Position numbers and translations under genes: made by a program. A DNA stretch of 63,046 nucleotides, filler included, from Craspedostauros australis (taxonomy: Eukaryota), in NCBI GenBank assembly GCA_030167865.1. It is 8 parts of 8 records of this genome, joined end to end, with 100 filler letters (N's around TTAATTAATTAA, not from the genome) between each part and the next. Parts side by side here need not be neighbours in the genome. Positions count along the whole stretch, not along the records: positions 1 to 28,672 come from JALAGF010000554.1; 7 more parts are not named here. One strand, 5' to 3'. The stretch's first letter is position 1. Each line of letters opens with the position of its first letter. Positions 1 through 12,583 of this stretch are shown in pieces. Below the pieces are notes generated by a model. That model saw nothing but the letters and a program-made list of their open reading frames with translations. It made no database searches and was not told the DNA's origin.

Positions 1-239
1 CCATAGATGGTACGAGCAGAGAGTTGATGCACAGTTTCTCCGAACAATCCATGACCTCGTTCGACTAGAGAGAGAAAGAGAGAGCAACTCAAGCAAAGAA
101 AGAGAGAGATGCCACAGTGTAGCGTATGGCACTATACTCGGACGAATGAGTGCGTTGTGAATGTCTTATTTTTCACTGGAACAACAAACCTGGATCTCTC
201 TTTTGACCATGCTTCGCTGTCGTCGGTGGCCCAATGTCA

Positions 240-1871
240 CTACCATGGTGCCTTCATCCTTTCCAACAGTCCATCCCACGTCGTCACGCCCTCAAACAGC
301 CGATCCATGTTGATGTCGCAGAACAGGCGCTTCTCATACGCCATACGATGGAAGGATGCTCGATGGGCTTCTTCCACTCCTGGCGATGCCGCCCATTCGG
401 GCATGGCCAGTCGTTCATTGGAGAGTGACATCGCCAGGATGTCTTCAAGTTCAGCATCGGGAGGACAGGCCAAGGGAAGATCCACAATACTCTTGCCCAA
501 AGTGTCGCGATGGTACGTCACCAATACATTGGTCATATTGCCTCTTGTATTCGTGACTTGCGTTGCTGCATCGATGATGTTGCGCTCGGCGGCTGCAAAG
601 ACGATGTTGTTGTACAGAAAGTAAGGGAGATTCCGGGAGTTCTCTGAACGCTCTGTTTTCTCTTGTAGTCGCTGGCATGACATCGGAGCATCCTGGATGA
701 AATCACACAGAAGCTGCTTCGTGACGTGATGTTTGTCGTGAAAGTTCAAGACGTGGATGCGGAATCCGTTGTTGCGGTGTCCCTGGGTGGCGCCTATGAA
801 GTCGCGAAAGAGTTTGGCAGCAATGAATCCTCCGTTCTTGGAATTCCATCGCGCACGTGAATGACGCATCCATGCTCGGAAGGATGGCATGGTTCCGAAA
901 AATGCCGCACCGCCATCTACTGGCCATTTATTGTGCGGCACGTTGCCTCCCATCATGTGACTAGCATGGTTCTGCTTCAAGCTGCTCAGCATCCAATCGG
1001 CGGTGCGACGGTAGGTTGCCACCATGGTGATGTTCCAACCTTGCAACACATCCCTGAAACTCTCGAGGAATGCTGGAGTTTGAAGCAGGTCTGTTGGGAT
1101 TAGATGTGCATACTCTTCATCGCTAAGGATCACCGACTTGCCATCGTCCCTGAGTTGATCGAGCATCATCTTGGCTGGAAGGGCGCATTCTGGAGCCAAC
1201 GGATACGGGATGTCGCGATTTGTGGATACATGCGTCCGTTTGTTGTTCAAGAAGGCAGGATAAGTCCTTTTCAAGCATGGGCCACTTTTGAGCACGTCAA
1301 GGCATGTGAGGGCATGGTCTTTGTACTTGTACTTTGTTTCAGTGGCGCCGTAGTACACGTACCCATCCTCGAGGAGATGATTTTCCTTCTGAAGATCATG
1401 CAGATCTGCCTGGATGGTGGTGGTGGCAGTTTTTGGTGGTCCGATGTGAAGAATGAACTGCGACATTTTGGCCGACGGCAAGTGTTGGTCTGACTTGTCG
1501 CTGACGTTGTCATTGTCATTGCCAATATCCTTGCCATTGTCATCGCCTGCGAACGCATCGTTGTTCTGCTCAGAAGTTGACGCACCATCGGTGGTGACGA
1601 TCGGACTGGGGGTACCGACGGGCTCGGAAGAGCTGGCGTGGAGTGGAGGCGTAGCCGATTTCAGGGTCGTCTGCGCCAGCCAATGAAGGCAGGTGCCCAA
1701 GACTGCCAGGAACCACATCGATCGCACGGATACGATACCAAACGCGCGGTTCTTCATCGTGTTGCCGTTCCGTTCATTTGCCCTTGTTTTTGCTTTCTTC
1801 TTGCCTTGGCGATTGTGGGTCCTTGGCTTGTCGCGACTACTCATTTTCATGTTTGTGGTGTTGTCTTTCAT
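240..1871 (-). CDS. Sulfotransferase-like type II membrane protein (543 aa)
   Basis: Single hydrophobic anchor (MWFLAVLGTCLHWLA) and a low-complexity stem. These are followed by a PAPS-binding-loop-like motif FILHIGPPKTATTTIQ and a 3'-PB-like R-x7-S motif (ATYRRTADWMLSS). Confidence 0.65.
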   Translation of the reverse strand: MKDNTTNMKMSSRDKPRTHNRQGKKKAKTRANERNGNTMKNRAFGIVSVRSMWFLAVLGTCLHWLAQTTLKSATPPLHASSSEPVGTPSPIVTTDGASTSEQNNDAFAGDDNGKDIGNDNDNVSDKSDQHLPSAKMSQFILHIGPPKTATTTIQADLHDLQKENHLLEDGYVYYGATETKYKYKDHALTCLDVLKSGPCLKRTYPAFLNNKRTHVSTNRDIPYPLAPECALPAKMMLDQLRDDGKSVILSDEEYAHLIPTDLLQTPAFLESFRDVLQGWNITMVATYRRTADWMLSSLKQNHASHMMGGNVPHNKWPVDGGAAFFGTMPSFRAWMRHSRARWNSKNGGFIAAKLFRDFIGATQGHRNNGFRIHVLNFHDKHHVTKQLLCDFIQDAPMSCQRLQEKTERSENSRNLPYFLYNNIVFAAAERNIIDAATQVTNTRGNMTNVLVTYHRDTLGKSIVDLPLACPPDAELEDILAMSLSNERLAMPEWAASPGVEEAHRASFHRMAYEKRLFCDINMDRLFEGVTTWDGLLERMKAPW

Positions 1872-2860
1872 ACTCGCAAAGTAGTCCGTTTTGCATACTC
1901 ATGCAGTTCATTGCCGATGCTCATTGGAACATCGCAGCCTCCCTGTGTTTGAGTGTGGCTGCTTCGTCTCCTCTCAGCACGGACATGGATACCACGCAGG
2001 CGAGTACCAATTGCAATGCTTCATCAACGTTGCGCTGACCATCGTGATCAACTGCTGCCTCCGACATTCGCCAGACGCACAAGGTCCCCCAGAGATGCGC
2101 GTCCAGGGCCATTTCAGCGAAGCTAAAAGTTCAGTGGTGGTTGCATTGACTCGATCGACCCAACCCAGCCGTTCTCACAAATTTGTTGCCAAAACCAACC
2201 CAATCAAGGCGGACTTCGCGAATGTCACAGATGAGGACAGGAGACGTGTGTGTGCCGAAATTGTCAACGGACGCGCAACACATGGACCTGCAAACGAACA
2301 CGTGGGCAGTTTGTTCGCGCATGTGGCGTTTCAACAATTCGCGTCGGAACGTTTTGCGCCAAGTTAGGTTCAAGTTGCAACCGACGCAACGCCAAACAAA
2401 CAGGCAACCGAGGTGGATGCCAATCGGGAGCATCTGTTCCGCCGCGAGTGGGGAGGTGTGTCTGTGCGAGAGACAGAGAGAGAGAGAGCAATCGCCCCTT
2501 CTCCGCAGCGCAGAGAGTTGCGGAACAACAACAAGAAGACAACAGCACCACGACCGCCATAACAACTGCAGAGTACCAATAGAAGTACAGTGGAGGAATT
2601 CGCACACACCAACCACGCAAAGAGACACAAGAGCAAGAGGTAACGGAACAGAAGAAGATCCTGCGCTTACTCCATACCCCACAATCCACACCATCTCGGT
2701 CCTACGCCCATCGTCGCAACAGTTCTTGTCTTCCCCGCCTTTCGCCGCCGCAACCGACCTTCGATCCTCCCGTTGGCGCCAAAATCAACCACAATCGCAG
2801 CTGCCAACACCGACGAAGACAGCATCCGACAGGAGGCCAAAAAGCAAGTTCACCAGCAAG

Positions 2861-4081
2861 ATGGCACAGCCAACCACATCGAAACAAGATGCCGCGGATG
2901 CGGAAATCGTCAACGATCCAGCCGCGGGCACCGACTACACCTCTCAGGAATCGGATGCGAGCGCAGAGGGAGATGCCGTCGCTCCAACACCGTTGAAGAG
3001 CAACGCCAAGTCCGTCGCAGTCCGTTCTCCCACCGTTCATCATGATGGCGATGATGCGAAGCACACGGACTCGGAACACGAGGGTACGTTGTTCGTTGTT
3101 CTCGTGCGAGCATGAGTGTGAGTGTGAGCGTGAGTGCAATTCTTTGCAAGCACCAACATAGGTTCACACAAACAGAAGGAATCTCACGCGCATCCCCTCT
3201 ATTGTCATTGCAATCGCTACCGCATTCGGGTAATCGTTGATGATCGTGCGCACATTCTCAACGCAAAATTGCACTGGCTAACTACGCTGCTCTGCTTTGT
3301 TGCTTCGCTTCATTGCTCCGCTTCATTGTATTCATTCTGTTTCGGAAAACGACTTCCACTCGCAGATGACACACCCACTCGACCACCACCAACCAGTACG
3401 AACGGTTCCGAACCAATTCAGTTGGACTCTCTGTATGATGACCCAATCAAGCCCAATAGCTCCGCCACCGAAAAGAGTGCACTGACCGGCGGAGTGTCCA
3501 AGGTCGTCAATGGCGCCTCCCCACATGTCTTGACCATGAAAGAGTTGATCCTCAATATCGTGATGGGAGTCGCCATTGCGGTGGTCTTCACCTTCCTCAT
3601 GGATAGAGTTGGTCCTTTCTTGACATCTCTGCAGCCATCTGCTCCTGGCGTTCCCACTCCCCAGGACGTTGCACGATCTTTCTTTCAGCCGCGCCAAAAG
3701 CCAGCGACAGAGATGGTCCCCGATGTCCCAGTCGCAACAGCATCAACGACGAGGGGCATCTTCAGCATCAATACCAGCAATGATGATAACGACAACAGCG
3801 CGGACGCCAAGGATTCTCTCAACAATAAAAACAGCAAGGACACAAGCATCATGGTCGACGACGAGCAGCAATCGCCAATGAGCATGCTGCGTGGACCCGG
3901 CAAGATGGCTCTAATGGTGGTGTATTTTGGTGCCGCCCATGTCGTCATTACAGGATTTGCTGGATACTTCACCGGCCTTGGATTCTTGCTGGGCAACACG
4001 CTGCCGCCGCCGCCGGTGGCACCCAAAACATTGCTTCAAAAGGCGTGGCGTTGGATCAAGCGCGTCGCGCCGAAAGTTTAA
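2861..4081 (+). CDS. Hypothetical membrane protein, spliced: join(2861..3083,3366..4081)
   Basis: ATG at 2861. GTACGT donor at 3084 and CAG acceptor ending at 3365 join the two ORF-track frames in phase. Two to three hydrophobic segments. Confidence 0.6.
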
Positions 4082-4711
4082 TGAAGTGGAGCGCGGTGAA
4101 GCATTGTGCTTTGCTCTCCTGGTTAGGTAAATGTTGATCTGTGAAAGTGTGACGTGGGAAACGAATGTAGCAAGGCCTTGTAACATACAAAGGGGAGGGA
4201 GGAGTTGCAGGGGAGACCAGCGGAACATGTGAAAATACTTGTACGATTCCTATGATACTATTCTATGTTACGCTCTTGTTCGTAATGAATATGAATTGTG
4301 TCAGACAATGTGTGCGGCACCAGTGCAAGGGAATCAGAGGTGGACACGAATCTCACACATGGCAGATAACGACAGTGTTCTCTGCTCCGCTATGGTCTGC
4401 TCAATTATCAGTGATCGTGTGTAAAAACTAATGGCAGGCTCCGAACAGCTTTGGAGGAAAGGTTGCCACTTCATCCTGGTACTCCATGTGTGTACCATAC
4501 GAGCATCATAGGTTATCATTCATGTACCTTCGGTCGTATAATATGTTTCTATTGTTATTTTGATTTCTTCCGATACGTGTAAAATTGCGCAACACCATCC
4601 TCGTGGTCATGTCTTTGTGTCTCTCGCTCGCTGTTTCCATGCTGCACGTTCGCAGCGGTGCTCCTTTGTGCGTGTGTCGCGCAGTAGCCTCGCGTCCTTC
4701 GATCACCAAGT

Positions 4712-6861
4712 TCACATTTGTCCAGCAAAATTGGCGCTGTCCTTGACAGTGCTGTGCTGCATGTCGTCGTAGCTCCGCTTCATGGGCCATTTGCTCGTCA
4801 CCTTGACACGGTTGGAGAAGAATTCGATGCCCGCATCACCGGTGATGTCCATATCGCCGTACTTGGATTGGGTGCCGTAGAGACCGCCAAATGAGAAAGG
4901 CTCACGCGGTACCGGGATGCCGATGTTGACGCCTAGCATGCTGGCGCGGAATCTGGAGAGGAACCAATCGGCGTTGCCGCCGTTGCTGGTGTAGATGGAC
5001 GCCGCGTTGCCGAATGGATTGGAATTCTCAATCTCGATGGCCTCCTCCCAACTGGAAGCAGCGTAGATGGACAGGACGGGACCGAACACTTCCTCTTGGA
5101 TCGTCTTGTCCTTGGGGGATGTGTGCAGGATGATGGTGGGCCCAACCCAGTTGCCGCCGGCGTCATCCTTCTTCCATGATCTGCCATCCAGCAACAGCTT
5201 GGCGCCTTGCTTTTCGGCATCCTCAATGTACGAAATGATTTTCTTGTACGATGCACCATCAATGACGGGTCCCATCTGGCCGGGACCATTGCCGGGCTCC
5301 AGTTTGGATGCCTTCTCCACAAGTGTGTCGACGAGAGCATCCTGCGAGCCACCCACCAACAAGAGAACGGAGGCTGCCATGCAACGCTGTCCGGCGCAAC
5401 CGGCAAAACTGACGCAGATATCGGCTGCAGCGCCTTCGACGTCGCAATCAGGCAATGCCACCAAGTGGTTCTTAGCCCCGCCCAACGCTGTGCAGCGTTT
5501 GTGCAATGCTCTGGCACGGTTGGAAACGATTGAGGCCACGGGAGAAGATCCCACGAACGTGATGGCCTTGACTGCGGGATTATCAATGATGGTCTCGACG
5601 GCTTCCTTCGTGCCTTGCACCATGTTGAAGACGCCGGGTGGGAATCCAGCCTCCTCCATGAGGTCCTTGACACGATACATCGTGAGGGGAACCTTCTCAC
5701 TTGGCTTCACGACGACGGTATTTCCTGCTCATCATTTTGTTTTCACACGACCAAACGCACAAATGCACACAAACGCATAAAATAGTGCAGCGGTATGGCA
5801 GGCGAGGCATGGCGTCGAAGAATACTTTGTGTGAGTGCATTGAGGAACGGCTGTGGATCAAGGAAACAAGGCATGTTTACGACGTGGACAAAGCCACCGA
5901 TTGCATTCTCAAATCCCCCCGTTTGTAATCCATCGCATTTTGCTTACCCATGACCAATGCAATTGGAAGCGTCCACATGGGGACCATGAATGGGAAGTTG
6001 AAAGGGACGATGCAGCCAACCACACCCAAGGGATCTCTGCGATCCGTGCACGTGACTGCACTGGACACCTTGAGTGATCGACCTTGCGCAAGCTGTGGCA
6101 ACGAACAGGCATACTCCACCGTCTCGTTGCCTTTGGCGACTGTGATCGGCGATAGCGATGTTGTTGTCATGGTTGTTGTTGACGTTGTTGGTGGCAGCGT
6201 ATTGTGGGTGGAGCGATGGGATGGTGGAATGAGATTTCAATGAGACGAGTAATGTGTGAGAAGTCGTTCATGACAGAAACGACAAGCGCATCCCTGGTTA
6301 CCATGGTACACAACATTGCGCCTCACCATCCGCCAACGCCTCCGTCATGTTCTTTCCGTTCTCCTTGACAATGAGCTCCGCTAATTCTTCGGCATTGGCG
6401 ATGACCAAGGCGTGGAACTTCATCATGATGGCAGCGCGCGCCTTGATGGTGAGCCTGGACCATGCGGGGAATGCCGCTGCAGCAGCATCGATGGCAGCAT
6501 TGACATCGTCTGCTGATGAGACGGCCACCTTGCCCACAACACGATCGTTGCTTGGATCGAGAACGTCCATGTAATTGGCCGACGCGGGTGGAACCACCTT
6601 TCCGTTGATGTAGTTCTCGATCGTCGCGACCTTGCTGTCGTTGATCGTGCCGTTGCCGCACATGGTGACTGCCACTGTGCTTCGGTACGTCCGCTTGATG
6701 TTGCAACTATTGCCGCTGACGAAGCTGCTGCCGCCGACAGTGCTGTTGATGCTCGAGGGTCTTGCTGCTGGTGGGAGTGCACTTCTGAATGAAGCTTGTG
6801 TTCTTGCTGCTGCTGCTGCTGCTACTGATGTCGTCGTCAGTCTCCGAATTGTCCTGAGCAT
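4712..6861 (-). CDS. ALDH6A1: Methylmalonate-semialdehyde dehydrogenase (acylating), mitochondrial; exons 6861-6327, 6139-5948, 5724-4712
   Basis: ALDH6 motifs PFNFPFMVPMW, KPSEKVP, FVGSS, GAKNH, catalytic AGQRCMA, EEVFGPV and GVNIGIPVP. Two in-phase GT-AG introns. R/S/T/A-rich N-terminal presequence (MLRTIRRLTTTSVAAA). Confidence 0.95.
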
Positions 6862-8369
6862 CCCGTCGAATTATGATGATGGATGAAAGGGTGTCGTGTG
6901 TTTGTGCTTGCTCTTGTGATTGTGATTGTGATTGCGAGTGTGGATGTGGATGTCTGAAGGAAGAGCTGATTGCGTTCTGTTGGAGCGCTCATTGATTGGG
7001 TCATTATTGCAAGAGAGAGACAGAGGCATGTAGATCGTGGAGCAAGAGGTTCGTCATCACATGCAGAACGAGTGCAAACACAGGGTGTCGTCGTCCACGC
7101 GAGAGAGCACAGAATCTTCCTCCCTCTCCCTTGACGTCAACCCGAGAACAACAAGAACATCAGCGTCAACGTCAACGTCAACGTCAACATCAACATCGAC
7201 GAAAGGAGGATGGATCTGCGCTGGAGAAGCTGGATGCACAGAGAACAACAGAAAGAACTGTTTCGAAAACAAGAGAGAAAAGGAAAATGAAGAACAGGAA
7301 ATCTCGATCTTTCCGTTGTTTGTTCAAAAATCGCAGCAAAAGGTATCAAACGAACGTCAGCGGAGGCTGTCATTGGTCGATTGGGCTTAATCCATCTAGT
7401 CCATCGTGTGAAGTCACGAATGACATCACAATTTCGGGATTGATGGGATTGGATGGAAAAGAACTGAATCAGACCTCTCTCTCGCGCGTTTTCACACAGA
7501 AAGAACGACGACACAGAACCAGAATTCTTCGTCGCGCACAGAAGTTTCGTTCCGACACACCCAAACATGTGCACAAACGTACAAGGCGCACAAACACAAC
7601 AAAGACATGATGAGACATCACAGAAGAAACGGAACCAACAGAATGTCCGACACACACGAGTCAGCACAAACCCGCGAAAACACAAGACGAACGCTGCGTG
7701 CGAGATTCCTCGACGCGGTCCCTGTCGTGATACGCTACAAATTTCGCACCAACAAAATTGCGAGGCAAAACGAGCAACCAGCAACAGCAGCAACACGACA
7801 ACAAAGCGGACACAAAACAACCACAACGGAGACGCTCGGGAAGGCTCATCCACAACAACACCGCCAACAAAGCACAACAACGCAACAGAGAGGACACAAG
7901 AGAAGACCCGAAACAAGACCACCACTTCTTCGAAACTCCATTCATCATCACCATCACCATCACCATCCAAACCAACCACGACAACAACATCGTAACCTCA
8001 AAGGAGATCATCTCTCTCTCTCTCCAACGTCCACGCCATCCAGATTGCATCCACAGCAACAGCAGCACTATTGCACCAACAACACCATCAACATCAACAT
8101 CGTTAACACACCATTTCCACCAGGCCAAAAAGCACAGCATCCCACAAACCCTGTCACCACCGTCTCGCGACTCACCATCTATTCTTCAGCCACGACTGCA
8201 TCCCACGCCAACAACAAGAAACCACAAACGAGAAAAAGCCAACAAACCCAGCTCGGACATTCATCATCCGCAACACAACAAAACTCAGCACAGTGCAGTT
8301 CAATACAGCAGGCAACACAATCCAAACAATATCATACCATACTCGTTCCCACACACCATCGACGCCAAC

Positions 8370-9619
8370 ATGACCATCCAGCAACCGCAATCCGTCGACC
8401 ATGCCAAGCAGGCCTTCCTTGACGCAGTTTCGCAGTCCGTCACCATGCTCACGACGGATTACGGCTACTCTCACGATCGCGCCATTGCGTCCCTCCTCAG
8501 AGAAATCAGTCGAAGCGAGGCCACCCTGCCAACCACTTCCGAGGTAAGAACACAGCACAGCTCATGCGACACATGCAACAACATCATGATTAGCTGCTGC
8601 AACACATGCAGCGTGTGAGACACACCGTGACTCGTACGATACTGGCACAACATCAAAAGGCTGTTCACCTTCTCTCGTTGTTGAATTTGGCACGTGAAAG
8701 CCTGGGTTGACGGACAGACGCGCGCAATGTGTCCACCGACTTCGCTCTTCCGATGCTCAACACTCCTTCTCACATTTCATGGTTCCGCCAACTTGCCGTC
8801 TTCTTCAACTACTGCTTCCTCTCCAATCTCGCATCCTCTCCATTCACTTTCCAACAACAACCATTGCTTCACCCTCCTCTGCCCGACAACCAACCGCAGG
8901 TCTTTGCAATGATGAAATCGAAAGGATACGGAATCCAGCAAGCAAAAAAGATCTTGACGGTGGAGAAAGCGATGGAAAGGTTGATGAAGGTGCATGCCAA
9001 CCCTGCCAGCGCCATCAAGGCACTGACGCAACGAATCTCGTTTGCCAACCTCCTCAATGAATCCTACATGGGTGACGAAACATCGTCCACGTCCGGATCC
9101 GCAACAGTCATCATGCCAAACTCAACCGCGTCATCATCAGCGTCATCGTCGCCAGCAACGACGGCGCCATCCGCAACACAAGGGACGTCATCGGGACAGT
9201 CTCATGCTGGCGGTGCACCAAAATCAAACAACCCGAAACAATCACACTCGCAATCCCAGAGGAAGTCAAAGCAGTTCGCCAGAATCCCAAGCAGATCCAA
9301 GCTCTCCAGCAAGACTGCCTCCGGCGTGCGCAAACGTTCCACCGACGAAACCGCATCCAATACGTCATCATCATCGTCATCCACGACGACAACAAGAGCC
9401 CGGGCCGATTCTGTCACTCAACAGATCGATGCCAAAGTGACAGCCACAAATCTCGATCGCCCCACTATCGACACAGCATCCGTCACGACAACAGCAATTA
9501 TCCGACCAAAGCGCAGCGCTGACTCCAGCACCGCCGCCGCAGCCTCCAACACCGCCAAGCGACTGAGAACAACATCCGACCAATCCCGAACATCCAAAGC
9601 GCCCGTGCAACGCGCATGA
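8370..9619 (+). CDS. Hypothetical protein, spliced: join(8370..8543,8900..9619); helical N-terminus and Ser/Thr/basic disordered tail
   Basis: ATG at 8370, GTAAG donor at 8544 and CAG acceptor ending at 8899, in phase 0. Basic clusters (RKRS, RPKRS, AKRLR) could act as NLS. Confidence 0.65.
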
Positions 9620-10684
9620 AGAGGGTCAGTGACGGACCCTGTGATGTGTGGGACCGATGCATGAGCTGGCTCTGCGGCCCCAGCTGCGCCTTTCCCTCAA
9701 ACATCCACACATAACCACGACCAAAGCTCCGACTCGCCGCATCGATCCGGACCAGGAACAAGCAAGTAAGTCACCAACCAACCAAGCAACGTATGAATAC
9801 AATTACTACTAATAGCAACAACACAATTACAATAGATCATTGACGAATCAACCAAGTGCAAGCACTTGCGCGAAATCTCGCCTGCCACCAACAGTTCTTG
9901 AGTGGTCTTGGAGCAGAGTAGTTTAGAATAATGATTAGATCAATGACTGCGTCTGGTCTATGCGTATCACACCACACTCGGACTCGAAGAGACCTCCACA
10001 GCGTGATCTGAGCAAACTCTCTCTCTCAAGAGTCTCCTTGTCCTTCTGTGCAGTTTCTCAGTCTTCGACTTGTACGACCATATAGACTAGTGGATACGAC
10101 TCAACCGACTGTTCGCCCGCAGCGTTTTTGTTGGTCAACGGACGAAGACGACACGCAACATGACTGAAATGACGAGAAAACTGTGTTTGCTCTGCTGCTC
10201 GCCATGGTCTTTGGGACAACCACCAACACAGAAGAACCAACCATGTCCGATGCCTGCGTTGGGATGAAACGCAAGGAGGGAGTGACATGCAGAGCATTAG
10301 AATTGTACGATGGCGATCACTGTCAGAACAGAGTGCCTACTGCCATCATTCGTCCATTCAATCGCTCCATCTTGAGTTCGTCGTAATCACTTGTGAGATA
10401 CAATCCTCTTTCAATCGAGAGATCATCTGACACAGAACAGACGCGGTCACAAACTGCACAAACCCAAGACAACAGACCCGACGGTCATACTAATACCGGT
10501 ATTCCGAAATACCTTCTTCCCTCTCTTGGTTGGCTCTCCCCATCTCAGCTAGTCTCGTTCATCTTCCAGAATCGCAATTAGCTATCCTGGAATACAGAAC
10601 TCTAACCAAGAGAGCACTCTGGAGCACAGGCCTCTACGCGTACGCTAGAATACCTTGAGTTGATCAAGTGGGACGACGAAGATC

Positions 10685-12131
10685 ATGGGGAGCGACAGCA
10701 TCAAACGTCCATGGTACGCCGCCGTGGGGCAGTATCTGAACAGCACAAGGATGTTGGTGCTCATCATCCTCTGCCTTCAGAACTCGATGTTCACCATCCT
10801 CCGCAGATATAGCCAAGGTGTGCTCCAGGAAGTCTATTCTAAGGTACGTCCTGCCTGCAATCATGCACTGCATCATCGCATCATGTTCTATGTATGACAG
10901 AACATTCGATGGTGCGATAGCATGTGAGTGGAGTGGAGTGGAGTGGAGCAGAGCAGAGCACTCCAGGGAGAGAGCACCAGATGCTTCATCATTCAATGGC
11001 GATCATCTCACATCCTATCCCTGCAATGGACTCCACCTCAACGCATACGTTATTGCACGCGTCCACATCAACAACTCCTGCACCTACATGCAATACCATA
11101 CCATACCATACCATGCTACGTATACTCGTACACAGCATGAAGTGCTGCTGCTGGGTGAGATCATCAAGATGTCGTACTCGGCATGGATGCTGTCCAAAAC
11201 CTTGCCAGCAGGTGTCTCGCTATCGAATCGGATCAAGTACCTGGTCACCACATCCAAGAAGATGGTCGTCCTTGCCTGCATCTACGGCGCCATGAATATC
11301 CTCTCCTTCATCTCCCTGCGCAATATCTCGGCTGGTATGTTCACCATTTTCGCTCAGTGCAAGATCATGACAACAGCCTCGTTTTCCACCGTCATCCTGG
11401 GACGCCAATATTCCTGGGCGAAGTGGCGGGCGCTGGTATCCCTCATGCTCGGCGTCCTGCTCTTCTCGGAACCCATCTGGGGCAATCCGTACAACCATCA
11501 GGTTGCCGACGGCGCGAATCAATTCATCGGAACTGCGGCGGTGCTCATCGAGGTATCTCTCAGCGGATTCGCATCCATCTACTTCGAGAAGGTCATCAAA
11601 TCGGATCCGCTCCAACTGAACATCTGGGAACGCAACTTCCAACTCGCGCTGGGCAGCTTCCCCATTTACATCTTCTTCATCGCTGGCGAGACGGGCGGCG
11701 AGGCCGGAATCTTCGGCGGTTGGTCCTTCTTCGCGGTGCTGCTCACGCTGCTGGGTGCCGCGGGTGGATTGCTGGTGGCCTTGTCCATCAAATACGGCGA
11801 CAGCATCTTGAAGACTTTGGCAACGACGGGTTCCATTATCCTGTCGTCCCTCCTGGATCATTGGCTGCTGGATGGACCGTTGACGCCGACCATGGTCATC
11901 GCCGGAATGCAGGTCATCATTTCCATTTGCAATTACACCTTCGATTCCACGCCCGTGCCGAAGATCCTGCCAGAGCTCGAGCCTGCAACCTCCACGGAGA
12001 AACTGGAAAAGAGCGCCAGCAACAGCATGCTAATGAAGACGTCGACGAGCAACAGCTCAAGCTTGTCACTGCCAGGCACGGATGAGGAGAGCGGGACGAA
12101 GGCTGTTGCAGACACGAAAGCTAAGCAGTAA
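10685..12131 (+). CDS. Nucleotide-sugar transporter, SLC35A (UDP-Gal/CMP-Sia) family; join(10685..10843,11136..12131)
   Basis: Multiple TM helices. Family motifs GEIIKM, QCKIMTTA, SGFASIYFEKVIK, IWERNFQL and GGLLVA..IKYGDSILK. In-phase GT-AG intron. Confidence 0.9.
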
Positions 12132-12583
12132 CGAGAGTTGTAGAGTAACCGTATTTCGTGCTTGAATTGCAATTGCCGAAGAGAAGAGGCAGTCTTTCAT
12201 GCTCTTGCGATCACCAGGTTTGAACATTCCACGACGTGGCCGCCATTCACCACCACCATAATGATTCACTATGCAAAGAATGTACCAGCCGCAATTCATG
12301 AAGCACCATACTCACACGAACACTCGTTTGTGCACTGTACTCGCGGGAATGACACCATGTGTTGCTTCCCATTTTGTCTTGCTATTGGTGTACTCGTATG
12401 GTGTCATTTACTTCTGTGTTGTGCGGATGGATGCATGGATGGATGCATCGATGGCGATGCTGATCCATGGTTTGGTTTGGTATATGATTTGATTTCTTTA
12501 ATATCTTTGCTTTTGCAGATTCGCTTGTGCCGTGTTTTCGTATCACCGTCTTGTTGTTTTTGGTCATTGGCCATTCCCGCGAT

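Noticed and set aside
1891..2860. Several overlapping ORFs, including the 5' extension of the 310-aa ORF at 2183
   Set aside because: Divergent-promoter/UTR DNA with microsatellites; non-ATG starts and no protein-like composition.
6996..8369. Long ORFs on both strands (204-286 aa)
   Set aside because: CA-rich low-complexity intergenic or 5' UTR sequence lacks stops by composition; no domain signal.
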